Positions 37,581 to 51,400 are shown, numbered from the whole stretch's first letter. The stretch: DNA of 58,872 nucleotides, filler included, from Sphacelaria rigidula (GCA_964200075.2; 9 parts of 9 records of this genome joined end to end with filler, not necessarily neighbours in it), one strand, 5' to 3'. Made by a program: numbers and translations. Notes: generated by a model from the letters alone, not told the origin.

Positions 37581-39111
37581 ACGCACGCAGCCATTCGGCT
37601 ACCTCGTACAGGAATTTTCAAACGTCATCCTCGGTTCCGTCCGTTTCAAAATCCCCCCTAGAGGATCTTGGGTATTCGTAATCCGGATTTTCAATGTTGG
37701 GGCCCTCGAAGGTCAATGTCGATATTAAAATTTCCTGGGTTGTTTTTGGAGGCACAAGTGCTATGGAAATCTGGAATTTTCAAAGCTTTTCGAAATAAGT
37801 CCTGATTCCAAATTATTGGAATCAGGCCAAAAGGATTTATTTCGAACAGCAGAGGCTGTGCAAATCCCGTATACACTCGCAAATGGAATGTGTACACCAG
37901 AAACTGTTCGAAATAAATCCTCGTTTTGCCCACCAATACCTTGAATTGGGCGAAAAAAGACTCTTGTTTTCGAGCAGCTTTTGCTGTTCAAGTCCCACAT
38001 ACGGCACGGTATCGATGGATGAGAGTTGAGAGACAGCAGAAGTCGTTGAAAACTCATACTCTTGCCCCCCATTTCATATCTTGGGCAAGCGAATCGAAGT
38101 CTTCATCAGCCTCGACTGGTTTCAAATCCCATACACCGATTGCGAATGTATGTACACACAGCCATGCTATGTAGCTTCAGTTCGTGTTATTCTGAATATC
38201 CAGAATGAACCTCATAAATTTGAACATACAAGCTTGAAAACCCCGTAGTCCTGTGTTCACCATTCGCACACCGAAGTGAAGCATTTTTTCGGGTGAACAC
38301 GCGAAAAATTATGATCGCGGTTTATCCTGTACGTTGATGGCGATATGGCCATCACAACAATACGCATGGTTTGATGCTGTACTTAACAGTACAATACCGT
38401 GTAGGACAGTACCATATCGTGCTTGTATAGGTGCTACGCAATATACTGCAGAGTTAGCGCGGCATATGCGCCACGTGTGGCTAAACAAAGTGGGTGCCTG
38501 TAACTTTGGGTGCATGGGGGTGTTATATACCGTCAGCTACTGAGTATACACGATGCCCCTTCTTGTAGCGTGCTCACAGCTGCAGTCAGCAGGACGTGAA
38601 AGGGAAGCGGACAAAGTACAGTACAGACAGCGCAGGACTAAATGTATGTTTTCTGCTTACAGTGCGACGTGAAAAGGACTTGAACAGTGTGCGCAGCTTT
38701 GTCTGCCTGCGCTGTCCATGGGTGTGTATGCAGTCAACCGCCGCCGATTGTTGCCCGCACCATACCCCGCTGCTCGAGTTCAAACTTCCACCAACAAGAC
38801 ATACATCATGTTCAACTACTGCATTGTGTATCTGTATCCCTGCGCCCAACTCGTGCTCTTTGCTCCAGGGTTTTTGTGGTGGTATTATAGCTGGGAAGAA
38901 GTGTTGTCGACTTTTCAATTCAATCTGTGAACGGCGGGTGATACATGTATTTTTTCTGGCGTGATGGTCCCAGAGGTCCCCTGGAAGCAGTTACGACACA
39001 AGTGCACAAGCGCTTATGTACACGCTGGAGGATACTGCACGGCTATGTCTTTCGGAGTCGCAACAAATGCCTTAGAGGCCATAGTCGGTCCCTCCACCAG
39101 AGGAATGATGC

Positions 39112-39163
39112 TCATATTTCCCTCTGCCCTTCATATTTCCCTCTGCCCTTCATATTTCCCTCT
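39112..39163. repeat. 19-bp tandem repeat (TCATATTTCCCTCTGCCCT, ~2.7 copies)
   Basis: Direct inspection. Confidence 0.9.
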
Positions 39164-39644
39164 AAGGGACGTTCACGAAAACCACGTGCTCCAGGGCACC
39201 ATATTTTTGGTACTCTNNNNNNNNNNNNNNNNNNNNNNNNNNNNNNNNNNNNNNNNNNNNTTAATTAATTAANNNNNNNNNNNNNNNNNNNNNNNNNNNN
39301 NNNNNNNNNNNNNNNNAGCCACACAACAAACTTTTCCCCCCCCCCCCCCCCCCCACCCCCCGCAGCTGATAAAACTATCCCATGCCTCTAGCGAGGAGAT
39401 GGTCCTTGACTCCGCCGATTTCGGATTTGCGGCAGTGTCGCGGGAGTATACGAAGCACTTCGGGGAAGGCACTGGGGTTTTCAAAACGCGTCTCTGTTCA
39501 AGAGAGCTGAGCGCAGCTCATACTCCAACTTTAGTACCTGGACTTCTAAGCGTGTGTCCTTCAAAACCTTCACATGATTGCTCATGTAGCGGTATGCAAG
39601 TCCAGCGCCAAGAAGAATTTTGTACTTTCCTTGAACATCGGCAG

Positions 39645-39886
39645 GATCCTCTGCATCACCCGCCTTCGGAGTCCTTCATGATGGAGTCACAGATGCGCCA
39701 TTTGGAACGCCTATTGCTGCCGCGGATTCTACGACGCCCGCGCCTTCCGCAATGCTTGATGCTCCTGAACAGAAGCACGGCGTTCAAGCCACTCCTTGCG
39801 GGGTTACACAAACGACTTTTCCTTGCCTCGTAGCGGCGTCGACGGCACCGTTTATTCCCTCCGCAACCTCGTCGAGGTTCGGGCAG
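39645..39886 (+). CDS. Nup98-like GLEBS protein, exon a (S/T/A/P-rich with AFG, PFG, RFG)
   Basis: CAG acceptor (phase 1) and CAG|GTGAGT donor (phase 0). Open frame joins the next exon. Confidence 0.7.
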
Positions 39887-40647
39887 GTGAGTTTCACGCT
39901 GCGGTTACGAAAGTGCCGCCATTCGGTCACCATCTGAGATCATAGCAGAGACAGGATCACTAGGTCATCTGCAGGTATGATCTATGCAGCATTACAGAGA
40001 AAAATCACTCACCTTCCGTAATGTGTGTTCGGGCAACAGTCTCCGGTGAAAGGAATGGTTGGTTAGGAAACACTCAACCCTCGTCGTGCAGAATCCCGGC
40101 GCCCCAGCGTTCGTACAGTACAGTACTGTTAGATACCGCTGTAGATTATGTACGTATTCCACCCGAAGATTAATGTTGTGCGCGAGTTGATGCTTCATGT
40201 ATTGACGCTTAATTTCGACCGCGAAAAAACCTTGCCCCCACACTTTCGACGATAGGTCCCCTCCCAGAATTGGCTGGTTTGGGTAGGCAAAATCCACACA
40301 CGTAAATCGAAATGAAAGAAGTCGAGCACAACGAGCAACTGGGAATTTCCACGCTTGCGCTCGTTTTCGCCAATGGCGCCTGTATGAGGCGCTTCATGTA
40401 CAGCCTGAGACGAAACATCAGGCGCTGTTCGACCATTCTCTTCGTGACACTTTTGGGCTGATTTTGGGAGGGGGGGGGGGGGCTACCGTAGAAAGACTCC
40501 CTCCGAAACCACTACCGACTCCACGTGTCCTTTTACTGATGCCTTCAGAAGCACGGCGAAAGCTGTCGGAGGTACCCTATACCCATCTACGTCCATCGGT
40601 GCTTCCGCCGTCTTGCGTGTTCCCACTTCGCCACCCAATTTCCGCAG

Positions 40648-41106
40648 GCCACCGGTACAACCGCCGGCAATACATGCCCTTCCAGCGATACTTTCGGAAA
40701 CGCGGCGAATGTTGTCAGCGGTGCTCCATATCCGCCTATGTCCCTCGTAGCTCCCACCGTTTTGGGTGAAGATTCCCACTCCGCCAATCCCTCGGCCTCC
40801 GGTCGCGGCGGCCCAGCTGTGTGTCCAAAATTCGGCGGGTTCGGGTATCACGGCTTCTCGACGGGAATGCCGGGAGGTCCTGCTTCCTACGCTTCGTTTG
40901 GTGCGCCGCCCGGGTCCAGCATTTACGGTATGGCAACCGGATCCCGATCGTTCCTCCCCGGCACCCCGAGCAACGAATCAGACGAACCGGTGAAGCCCGC
41001 GAAGCCGGGGACAGTGTTCCCGGGGTGGAAGTTTACGCAGCTTGGACGGGACCTCGTCACAGGCAGACCTTCGGAAGCCGTCTTGATGTCGATCTCTTGT
41101 ATGGCG
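40648..41106 (+). CDS. Nup98-like GLEBS protein, exon b (degenerate FG region ending LMSISCMA)
   Basis: CCGCAG|GCC acceptor and GCG|GTGAGG donor, phase 0/0. Confidence 0.82.
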
Positions 41107-41446
41107 GTGAGGCATGATAGTGTAATTGGGTTTGTACTACAAGTAGGTTGCCGCTGAATATGTACACACATATGTATATTCATACCCTACTGTAAATTGG
41201 TCCATGTGTCGAGCGGATAGTGCCGTGAGTGGATAGATCTTCTGCAGAATTGCGGGTCGTCCCTGTACAGCTGACTTTAGGCCAAACTTTTCACACAGCA
41301 ACATGCTCACGAACAAGCAGACGATTTGATGGAAACACCCTCTACGTTACTACACGTTCTTGCCGCAATCCGTGCACTTCTCCATGCGTCTGTTCAACGC
41401 CTCACCATCTTTTTTGTGGGGTTCTATTGCACCCATATAAACACAG

Positions 41447-41501
41447 GAGTACAAGGACAAGAGTGTCGAGGAGCTCCGGCTCGAGGACTACATGGGAAAC
41501 C
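41447..41501 (+). CDS. Nup98-like GLEBS protein, exon c (EYKDKSVEELRLEDY, GLEBS 1); alternative phase-1 donor at 41524
   Basis: ACACAG|GAG acceptor. Spliced SISCMAEYKDKSVEELRLEDY matches the Nup98 GLEBS consensus (CITAMKEYESKSLEELRLEDY). Confidence 0.88.
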
Positions 41502-41816
41502 GTAAGATAGGAGGGGCCACGCGCGGTCAGTATTTGCGGTAGTGGTCGAAGCGTTTGGTCGTATATGTACTCTTTCTGCACCGTTCTGCTCGGCACCGGG
41601 CTCGTGCATCCGAAAGTGTTGGAGCCGAAAGCGATGTCAACGGGGGCTGATTTGTCATAACATTGTAGGTACTTCAAAGCGCGATCTTCAGCTCTTCCGT
41701 GTATCGCTACGACAGTCAGTCATGCATAGCACTCACAGTAAGTGTGGGCAGAATGACTCTCGTTCCCGCAACTTGGCCAACGTCCACTTTGCTCATTTGT
41801 CAACCACTGGTCGCAG

Positions 41817-42394
41817 GTGGTGGTGGCCCGATCGTGGGTGCGATCACCGTTCCCGCCATGCAAACCACTGGCCAACTTCTGGCGCATGCGTCTGACTCGG
41901 GGGTGTGTGAGGCGGCCATACCGGGCACAGCACTACGCGGTTTCGGAAATACTGTGTCCAACTTCAATGCATTTTCCCCACCGCAGCCGCCGCCGTCGTC
42001 ACAGCAGCAGCAGCAGGGGACATCAAGCCCGTGGGGTCCGGCGCCGAATTTCGGGACGGGCGACCCGACTTGGAACATTGCGCAAGCCAGTGATGCATTT
42101 GATGCCACGGGCCACCCGGCATCTGACTCGGGGATGTATGGGGCGGCCATGCCGGGCACAGGACTACATGGCTTCGGATCTACTTTGGTCAACTCCAACG
42201 CCTTTGTTGCGCCGCCGCCGCCGCTGCCGCCGCAGCAACAGCAGCTGCAGCATCAGTATGGAGCATCAATCCCGTGGGGTGTGGCGCCGGATCTGGGAAC
42301 AAGCAACCCGGCTTGGAAAATGACGCTGGCCAGTAACCCATCGGATGTCCCAGGTCACCCCGCGACCATGCTCATGTCCATCTGTGCCATGGCG
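41817..42394 (+). CDS. Nup98-like GLEBS protein, exon d (two ~78-aa internal repeats, ending LMSICAMA)
   Basis: CGCAG|GT acceptor (phase 1) and GCG|GTGAGA donor. Lies within ORF 41699..42430. Confidence 0.82.
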
Positions 42395-42789
42395 GTGAGA
42401 GGTGGAGTGTTGCTTGCTGGTGCTTGCTGAGTAGCTTGAGGGTATAGCAGTGGATATTGATCATGCCGTATTGTTTTTGGTAGCTTCCTCAGTGTATTCG
42501 AGCGCGTGTATGTCCATGCCTTCCATTGTTTTTACCCACGATGGCAAAAGTGTTTCGTACGACTCTTGTTTCGGATTTGCATCCGCCGTTCGGATCGAGG
42601 AGGCGGATGGAGATCGGGGGATGGTATGCGGCCGTACAATAAGTGGGCACTCATCAACAACAACAGAATGGAGCAGGCCCTCTCATTTCTCTCTGTACCA
42701 CACGCTGGGCACTTTGTTCATTGTCGACACACTGCCATCGCTCGGAGTGAACCGGTTCGCTTACACCACTCTGGCATGCTGACACACAG

Positions 42790-42903
42790 GAGTACCAGAG
42801 TTGGAGTTATGAGGAGTTGCGGGTGCAAGACTATCTTCGGAACCGCAAGAGCAACTGGGTCAGGCGCGGCTATCAGTACGTTCGGCACGGAGTATCCCAG
42901 TGA
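42790..42903 (+). CDS. Nup98-like GLEBS protein, exon e (EYQSWSYEELRVQDY, GLEBS 2), probably terminal
   Basis: ACACAG|GAG acceptor; frame reaches TGA at 42901-42903. A GTCAGG donor at ~42859 is an alternative. Confidence 0.8.
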   Translation, partial: EYQSWSYEELRVQDYLRNRKSNWVRRGYQYVRHGVSQ

Positions 42904-45040
42904 CTCAAGCAACTGGTGCTCTACAGTCCCCGTCCTGTTGCGATGGGAGGCCATCTGGCGTGATGTTTGAATTCCGTGGCTGACCTATGGCATATCGACA
43001 AGTAGACCATGCAGGCGCGGCGGACGGAGTCTGCGAGTGGTGTCAAACCACGAAATGTAGGTTAGAGAAGGCGATGCTTGATGTTATTGCGGTGTATATA
43101 TTGTGCTCCGCCGAGGCGGTTCCATACTCCTGGTATGGGCACCTGCGTGGCGCGAATGGTGGTTGAGGTTTGTATGCTTGATTCGTTCTGAACATTATCG
43201 TTGTTGGCTGCTTGCTTCGGTTGATATTTGGTGGAGATAGGGTTGTGCCGTGTATTGAGGCCATTCACAGAAATACACGGACTTGTACTGCTGTGGTAAA
43301 GAGTGTTTCGAAAGTTCACGTTCTGCTTTGTTCTATATTACGATGTGAAAAACGTTTGCTTGGCTACAACTCTAGATATCAGTTCGTTATTATTTGGAAA
43401 GTTACACGACATCTTTTATTATCAAGATGATTGTTTCCACTCTCACTGAATTTAAATGTGATCGTCCCCGAAAAACATCTCCGCTGCTTGTTTCAACGTG
43501 CTGTGTGGGACACGCGCAACCCCAATACTGCACACACTATGACGGCAATGCATGTATATATGATTTTACTTTTCATAGGGGTGGTAAAAGTGAAAATGAG
43601 CGCTCGTGCGCTGGAATAACACCGCATCATGTGATTCGGGGTGTAGGGCGTTGTACCAAGCCGCTTAGTATCGTTGACAATGAAAGCAGTTTTTTTTTTT
43701 TTCATTATTTTTGCGCATTTTTCGTACCCATCTTCCTTCGGCGTTTTTCTTCTGACAGTTTGAGTAGGCGTCCAATTATTTTCCTCATCGCGATGATGGT
43801 TTACATCTCAGATTAGGAAGGTGGGTACGCCTCAAATTCAAGGCTGCTACTGCTTGTGTCATACAGATTGAAGCATGCACAGCTCCACTACTGTACACAT
43901 GGCGCGGCTGCGCCGCATGTAGACATCATTTTGCTCTTTTTTGGAAGGTATTGACGATTATATTGGGCGCTTGCGTTTCTGTTTGGCACGGTTTGACGCG
44001 GTGTTGAAACTACAAGGGCATGTCCCGAGAACCGTTCAGCATGAAACTGTCGTTTTCCTCTTCCTTTGCCCAGGTGGAAAACGGAAAGCGGATGGAAAGC
44101 TGCCAAGGGTACTCACATCGTTTACAAACGGCCGACTTGACCATGAGGACACCGTTTTTCATTTTTTCCAGACGGAAAATGAAAACATCTTCCGGAGAGT
44201 TTCAAGTATACTACCACCGTTGAGAACGGGCGTAGTGTTGCAGCAGAGACGAAATCAAGGGTGCGACCCCCGCGGCTAAAAGTAGAAGAGGCACTGCTAC
44301 GAAAAAGCAGGGTGTATTCGCGTCAACAGTGAAAATTACCCCTGACATTTGGGGCCCCAAATACTCCTCGCAAACGTTGCACATGCATTTGAGCAGCATG
44401 GTTGAGTTTGTCAATCGTAAACGCTATATTTTAATGCACATATATTAATCACGAACGCGTGTGAAACCGCGTTCATATGCACGATGTGTTGGAATTCACT
44501 ATCTTTGTTTTTGGGCGGTGTTGCCAACATCGCAAAGTACGGCAAAGCTTCCTCGCACTCTTGGTCAAGTATCATGCGCATGCGCTCGATATCCAGCAAA
44601 TGGCAGAAATCGGGAGCATGATTCGAAATTCCAACGCTATACCAAAGTGAGGGTACCATTGACAGCCGTCACCCGGGGGTGGTTTCTACTGTGAATTTAG
44701 AGGTTGTATCCACCGTTTTGGCCTAGACGGTGCGAATGACAACACGTTTAGATAGCGTGAAAGCCTTTTTGCGATACGCGAAATATGAAACATGTCAAAA
44801 AGTACTAGTTTCATACCAGAGGATTCAGTGAACGAATCCCCAAGCCCGCCCAAACATGATTTCACGGGCAATATCTACCGGTTTGGCGTGTTTCACACGA
44901 ATGCCGGTGCACCTAAACACACGAACGCATCGATAGAACGTATAAGGAATAAAATATTCTTCCCTGAGCCCCTGTTTCTCTCCACCCGGGGATAAAATTA
45001 CTCTTTACTCTCTCCAAACACGGTTGTTGTGTTATCTACC

Positions 45041-45297
45041 GAGCAATGCTACGGTAGGGGTGCTCATAAACCTTTTGGGGTTAGAATTGTTGGGAGCCCT
45101 ATATCTCATCCAAAACAAGACTTACGAAGTGAGAGTACGCCAGGATTACTATTCCAATGTGCTAGGGAAATCCCGAATGAATTTGCAAATGGAGATGCCC
45201 TGATCCACATTCTTGTGCATCTAGAATCGTTACCGTAGGAGCCCCTGATCCAGACAAGATTTTGCGCAGAAAGTGCACCCCTACCGTAGCATTGCTC
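45041..45297. mobile_element. MITE-like element with a perfect 23-bp TIR
   Basis: GAGCAATGCTACGGTAGGGGTGC and GCACCCCTACCGTAGCATTGCTC. No clear TSD. Confidence 0.75.
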
Positions 45298-47276
45298 TAT
45301 CACGTTTGCTAGTTTCATAGACATTTTCACACGGATGACGATGTCCCCTAATACGTGGGACGTATTTGTAGAAGTTCCTGACCTCATGCTATTCTTTCAT
45401 AACTTCTATTTTCTCTCATCCCCTTTCAAGGGGATGAAATCAACGTATCCCCTCCCCAAGCAATCTCAGCGGGAAGAGGCGGTTTATCCGACGTTCGAGC
45501 CATTTACGGTCGGAAAGCAATGGGTCTGGGTACATGATCGGGACTGATAGGAAGCCTACAATCTACGAAGATCATTCCTAGTGATACCCTTCGTATTATA
45601 TCGGGATTGCAGACATTCCGGGGAAGACCTTGTCCAACGAGATCGCAGCAGTCTTCAACGAAAGGGACAGGGGGTATTTTTGAGTCATCCTACGATAGGG
45701 GGGGGGGGGGGGGGGGGGGGTTTTTGTGTTTTGCCTTCTTTGGGTGTTCGCCCATCGCCCACCCCCCCNNNNNNNNNNNNNNNNNNNNNNNNNNNNNNNN
45801 NNNNNNNNNNNNTTAATTAATTAANNNNNNNNNNNNNNNNNNNNNNNNNNNNNNNNNNNNNNNNNNNNTGAAACGATTCATTCACTGATTGACCGCGTTT
45901 CACTCTCAATCGTATCATCTACTCTCAATCTCACGAAAACAGTTACACGTGGAATGGCGCAAATGTTGGGTGGATACCCCTTGGACCAGCGGTCAACTTT
46001 CTTCCCCCTTTTGGGCAATCAGGCCGAGGAAATCGTGGATTTGGTGATTCGAACCCGTGATGATTCGTCCTTAACGTGAACGATCCCAAACGTGGAAGTT
46101 CCCAGCTGCCTCGGCGTGCTCGGTTCTGTCCAGTCGATTCGCATGTTGATTTTGCCACCTTAAACCAGCGACGTTTCTGGGGCGGAGGCCGGAGGGGCGG
46201 GAGGGGGCTATCGCTGCATTGTATGAAGCCAATCAAAAGCTATGTGTGCCACTTCATTCCCGGTCTGTTAACGACTGAAACATAGTATTAGTCTGTAACG
46301 GACGCAAAACCACGTCTACACACATGATACTCTTTCGATCGACAAAACAAAAACCCCAATCGCACAGACATCTCTCCCGCCCCCCCACCACGTCCCTACA
46401 TGCGTAACACACCCTCGCCACCACCCCGCCCCCCTCCCCCGCCACTCGTGACAGTCCCCACTCAGCCCTAGTCACTCTACAATAAAAAGATCACAATAAT
46501 ATCCAGAGCTTCTCGAAAAACGGGTGCAGCGGGGTCTCCACCACGCTTGTTCAGGGTTTTGTGGGGGTGTTCGAATGCCTCAGAGTTTTCCCCTGCCATG
46601 GTGACTTGCCGTACATGCGGGGTCTCAAGTTTCTGTTTTTTGGTGTGCTTCGAAGCTATCATACTTCGTTTTATTCTCCTGTAAATAAGTTCGATTCCCA
46701 TCTACACTATTGTATGCGATTGCCGAGGCGAACGACCGAGCTTGCCACTAAAAAATGTTGACATCTAACCGCGGTATTTTCCCCCGAATAATTCCTCTTG
46801 AATAAGCTCCTACTCATCACCCACGCGCAGTTACGAAATGCCTGTGTTTCAACCGCTTCAGAAGGCATGACTTCGAGGGGGCTTTACGCGCCTCCCACGA
46901 AAATAAATCTTTCAGCATACATGTATGTCACCATGTACGTACGTAAACTCTGGACACGCGAAAAAAAAGCAAGCCGAAATATTTACCAGACCACAACGAC
47001 TACAAAAAACACACACTGACACACGAAAACAAATGAAGAAACACACCTCGTACTTCGTAAGAAACACACGACCATCATAGTGTTCTAGGACCATACATCA
47101 ACAGCTGCTCCACACGTTCATCATTTGCCTTTCTCGACTAATGATTCCCGCACAAATAATCCACCATCCCAGCGATCATTCAACAAACATCCACAGACAC
47201 AGGAAAAAGTGGCACGCAGTTCTCCGAATGGGCAATTCTGAAAACTATGAGATTTTTTCCCGTTCTCCACTGCAAA

Positions 47277-49455
47277 TCAGTGCCCCCCTTGATCCATAGG
47301 TGAGGCAAGACGTGGGGGCGGCGGAAGCCCATGGGGTCCCTCTCCCGCACCGCCATCCCGCCGCTCACCGTCCCCCTGCACACCGCCACCACGCGTGGCG
47401 ACCACACTACCGCCAGCAGTCCCAACTCCGGCAGCATCGGACGCGCGTCCAACAGGCATGCCTTCGCCTGCCGCTGCCGCTGCTGCCATAGCGGCAGCAG
47501 AAGCCTGAGCGGAGGAATATCGAACCGCATTCATCGATGATGGCGGCGCGGAAGGGCCATCATCCATCCAGAATCGAGGGCGCTTCGCACCCCTCAGGTT
47601 TCCCTCCAGCGATGCCCCCCCACCGCCGCCACCCGTCTCTGCATCGTCTACCCCCGCTGCCCGACTGAAATGACCACCGTCGCCGCCACGGTCGACGGGT
47701 CTCTTCGGTGCGGACATACCGTCGTGGCTGTTACCCGACCCTCGTCTACTTAATTCCCCGCCATCATACGCCGGTGTCGTTCCGGCCGTCGCCGCCTGCG
47801 GGAGTCTCCGCCCCTGTTGTCCCGGAGCGCCCGCGCCTTCCTCACCGTTCGTCTGAGAGTCACCGCGATAGCGTTCAGCGGCACTGCCCGCAAATCCCGA
47901 GGGGCGAACGGAGTCACTCCTGCCCCACGGAGCCATAGCCGCCGCCGCCAACACCCCGCCGCCAGCACTACTACTTTCATGTCCACCCCGCGGCGGCTGC
48001 CCGAAAACATATCCACCGGGACCCCCTCCCGCCGCCACCCTGTCCAGACCCCTGGAATCCAAACCGCTGCGATCGCCGCCACCCTCATAGCCTGCTTCCG
48101 CCACCCGCCGTCTATCCATCTCGGCCATCACAGAGAATCCTAAGGCGTGCGCATGCGCCGCGGGGAGAGACATCGCCGCCCCAGGCCGCTGGTGTTGCTG
48201 TAGCTGGTGGTGTTGGCTCATAGGACTCATACCGTCCGCCGACCCGACGGAGCCAGGGGTGCTACCGCCGCGACCCGGCTGCCTCGGGGACCCGCTGGAG
48301 GTACTAGGCCGGGCGCTGGGAGACCGCGTGTTCGGCGAGCCACCAACACTACTGGGCCGGCCCCCGCCTCCTCCACCACTGCCACCGCCGCCTCCACCGC
48401 CGCCGCCGATAGCGCTAGACGATGGCAAAGTCGGCGAAGGCGTCCTCCTCCGATTACTGCCCTTTTGGGCGCTGTGGACGCTGACCATGAGCCGCGGTAG
48501 TTGGCGGGGGCGACCTCCTCCCAGCACGTCACCCCCAAGAACCCCCATCGGAACGCCAGGCGCGCCGATTCCCCCACGCCCGCCGGGAACTGCGACCGGC
48601 ACCCCGGCCGCCGCGGCGTCTCTTGCGCCTTTTCCTAGCAAAGAAGAGGGGTGGAGACTCGGGGAGCGTGGCTGGGCCGACGCTCGCCAGGAATCCCCGC
48701 CGCCACCACCGCTCGATCCCCCTCCTCCTCGACCAGCACCGATGTCGTCCGTCGGGGAGCAACGCGAGTCATCGGGATGGAATTCACGCTGGTGGGTTCG
48801 GTGTTGGTGTTGTTGCTGATGATGATCTTGCTGTTGTCGTTGGTGCTGATGCGATAGCGCCGCCAGCATGTCGCTGCCGCCGCCTACGCCGCTTGCAGCG
48901 GCGGCGGGATGCAGCTGCGCCCGCATAACACCGGGGGGGCTCCCACTGCTCCCCACATCCCCGCCCCCACCGCGCACCCCCCCACCACTACTTTCACCCT
49001 CCCCGCTGGACACGGCGGCGGCCGCGCGAGCCCTCAACATTGCGTCCGGCAAAGGCAGCAAGGACGGTAAATGAGCCGATGGCGGGGAGGACGACCGCCG
49101 TTGATGCTGACCGCGTGCGCTAGAATTTCCACGGGAGGGTGCGGGGATGCTACTTGTGGCAGCCGCAGCGAGTCCGAGGAGGTGTAGATGTGAAGCGACC
49201 CCGTCGGGAGAAGCTGGGCCCGATATACCACCGCCGCCGCCCCCCGCCGCAGCGGACAGAGACATGGTGGTCGTCGGCGGCGGAGGACTGTGACTGCGGG
49301 AAGGGTTGCGAAGCGCCGCCGGGCGGGGGGCGCCGATGAAGCTTCCGCTAGTGTTGTTCGCGGTATTGCTCATAGATGATGGTGGGGTGTGACCACGGTT
49401 GTGGATACCGCTGCCTTGGCGGTGGTGGTGTGATGGATCGTGCTGTGAATGGTGC
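47277..49455 (-). CDS. Large terminal exon of a low-complexity (G/S/P/A/H/Q-rich) disordered protein, function unknown
   Basis: About 725 open codons with GC-rich codon use. ACCAG|G acceptor is phase 2, matching the upstream donor. Stop TGA; NLS-like AKRPR. Confidence 0.82.
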
Positions 49456-50619
49456 CTGGTGTTGGGATTGATCAAGGTGTTGGCGGAGGAAAGAGGCACA
49501 GAGGGGGGACAGAGGGTGAGGGGACGGGACTCATTAGCACGAACACGCGGAGCGCAGCAGTAGAGTTTCCTTACACGGTGAAGCTGCTTGATTCTGGATG
49601 AGAAAAGACGGGCGCATGGATCATACCTTAGATTAAAAAAATCTCGCGAAAAGAGAAGGCGCGGTCCGTGTTGTTTCCTACTTCGTATACAAGTGATCAG
49701 GGCATACGTGCACAATTGATCACGGCACTCAGCACTAGAAGAGAGAACGGAACAAAAAAAAGGTGTACCCAATGTTAGTCCGACTCCTGTTGATGTGAAA
49801 TGAGACCACGCAACAACGAAAGCGTTGCCGTAAATTGTACGAAGTATATAAATACAGGCTGGTTCACGCTCATCACCCAAAATTGTGTCATCAGCGTATG
49901 CATTTCGCAGTACATACCCAATGGTCGCATATATTACATTATACTGACCGCCCTGTACAGCTGAAGAGCATGACATCGCCGGATTTGTGTGTAAGGCCAT
50001 AGTGGTGGCGCTAAGGGCGAAAAGGTACATCGACTAATCAGCGCCCGTCAAATTGTTCCGAGGTAGAAATGATGAATTCCAATCCCAATTTTCACGCAAC
50101 CTCCACATGCTTCATATCGAAGTAACCGTCATCGGCTCGGCAACCCGACTAAAAAAAATTAAAACGGTCACTATTGGGGTCGAATTATACCCGAAACCGT
50201 GATGTTTCGGTGATGTCGGGTGTTGACGTCTAATTTCCTCTAATGACACGCATGAAAGACCCAGGGAGTCTTATGACGGTGTCCCCTGTATATGTTGCAG
50301 AAAAGCTCAGATCGCCCTCAAACTTGGAATTTCCGTAGGTATTTATGCTCAAAATGGAAGAATTGTATCCTTAACAATATATCATAGCCTCTTCGTTCTC
50401 TACTGGCTTCCGGGGGTCCCAGTATGAAGACCTCCGAAAGGCGGTACATAACGCCCCGAAAGGAAAATGATAAAATGATGCGTCCCGAAGGTAGTCTAAG
50501 GAATACATGTACACAGTTTGGTGGAGAAACTCGAAAACTGCATACAGTTTTTCTTGCCTTGACGTGAAATTCACCGATAAAGACGTTTCCTTACTAAAAG
50601 CAAGTAGTTAGGAGTTGCA

Positions 50620-51400
50620 CGTTTCAAGCCCACGTCCTCCACAAACGGGCAAACCTTCACGCCGTTATCAGGAGTTCGACCCTGAAAAACCTCGCACAAA
50701 TATGATATGTATTATTATGCAACTTCCTTTGAACGAGGATTTTTCACTTCTCAATTTTTTTACCATTTTTCGGGGGTCCGACGGGATCCAAATCGTTTTT
50801 CGCAGTAGTCTTCATTCTGGAACCCCGGAAAACCGGCACTACGAATATGTTCTTCATTTTTTGCAGACGAGCTGTCGCCGCATAACCCAGTGAAGGGCCT
50901 TACAAAATTTCGTCGCAAAAATCGATCAACTGATGCTTGAATTTTCATGTTCACGTCGAAGAAGGCCCAAAAACGCCGTTCTAGTACTAAAATCAAGTAG
51001 TTTGCGGTTTCACCGCGGCACGGCAAAGTTTATCGTGCAGAAGCGAAAAACCTCACGCCGTTTTGAGGAGTTGGACCCTGAAACATCGCACAACTATACT
51101 ATGGGTCATAACGCAACCTTTGGATGATCCATGTTTTTTTTGTTTCGTTTTTTTACCGTTTTACGGGGGTCCGATTCGATCGATGTTTCCCCGAGAAAAC
51201 AGGGACCCCCGAAAAACGGTGGAAAAAAAATAAATAAGTAAATAAAAACTCGACCTTCGAAAGTTGCGTAATACCCCATAGAACATATGTGCAAAATTTC
51301 AGGGTCTACCTCCTTAAAACGGCGTGAGCTTTTGCCGATGAGTGTTTTTGGGGTGATGAGCGTGAACCAGCCTGTACTCCTCGCGAATCGATTGACCCGA
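50620..51400. repeat. Intronic repeat made of two direct and one inverted ~130-bp units
   Basis: TCACGCCGTT...GGAGTT.GACCCTGAAA...GGGGTCCGA at 50657-50781 and 51053-51174, and inverted at 51202-51328. Confidence 0.75.

Noticed and set aside
49456..50030. N-terminal ~190 aa of the 917-aa ORF
   Set aside because: Composition differs sharply from the rest, and a phase-compatible acceptor at 49456 indicates open intron sequence.
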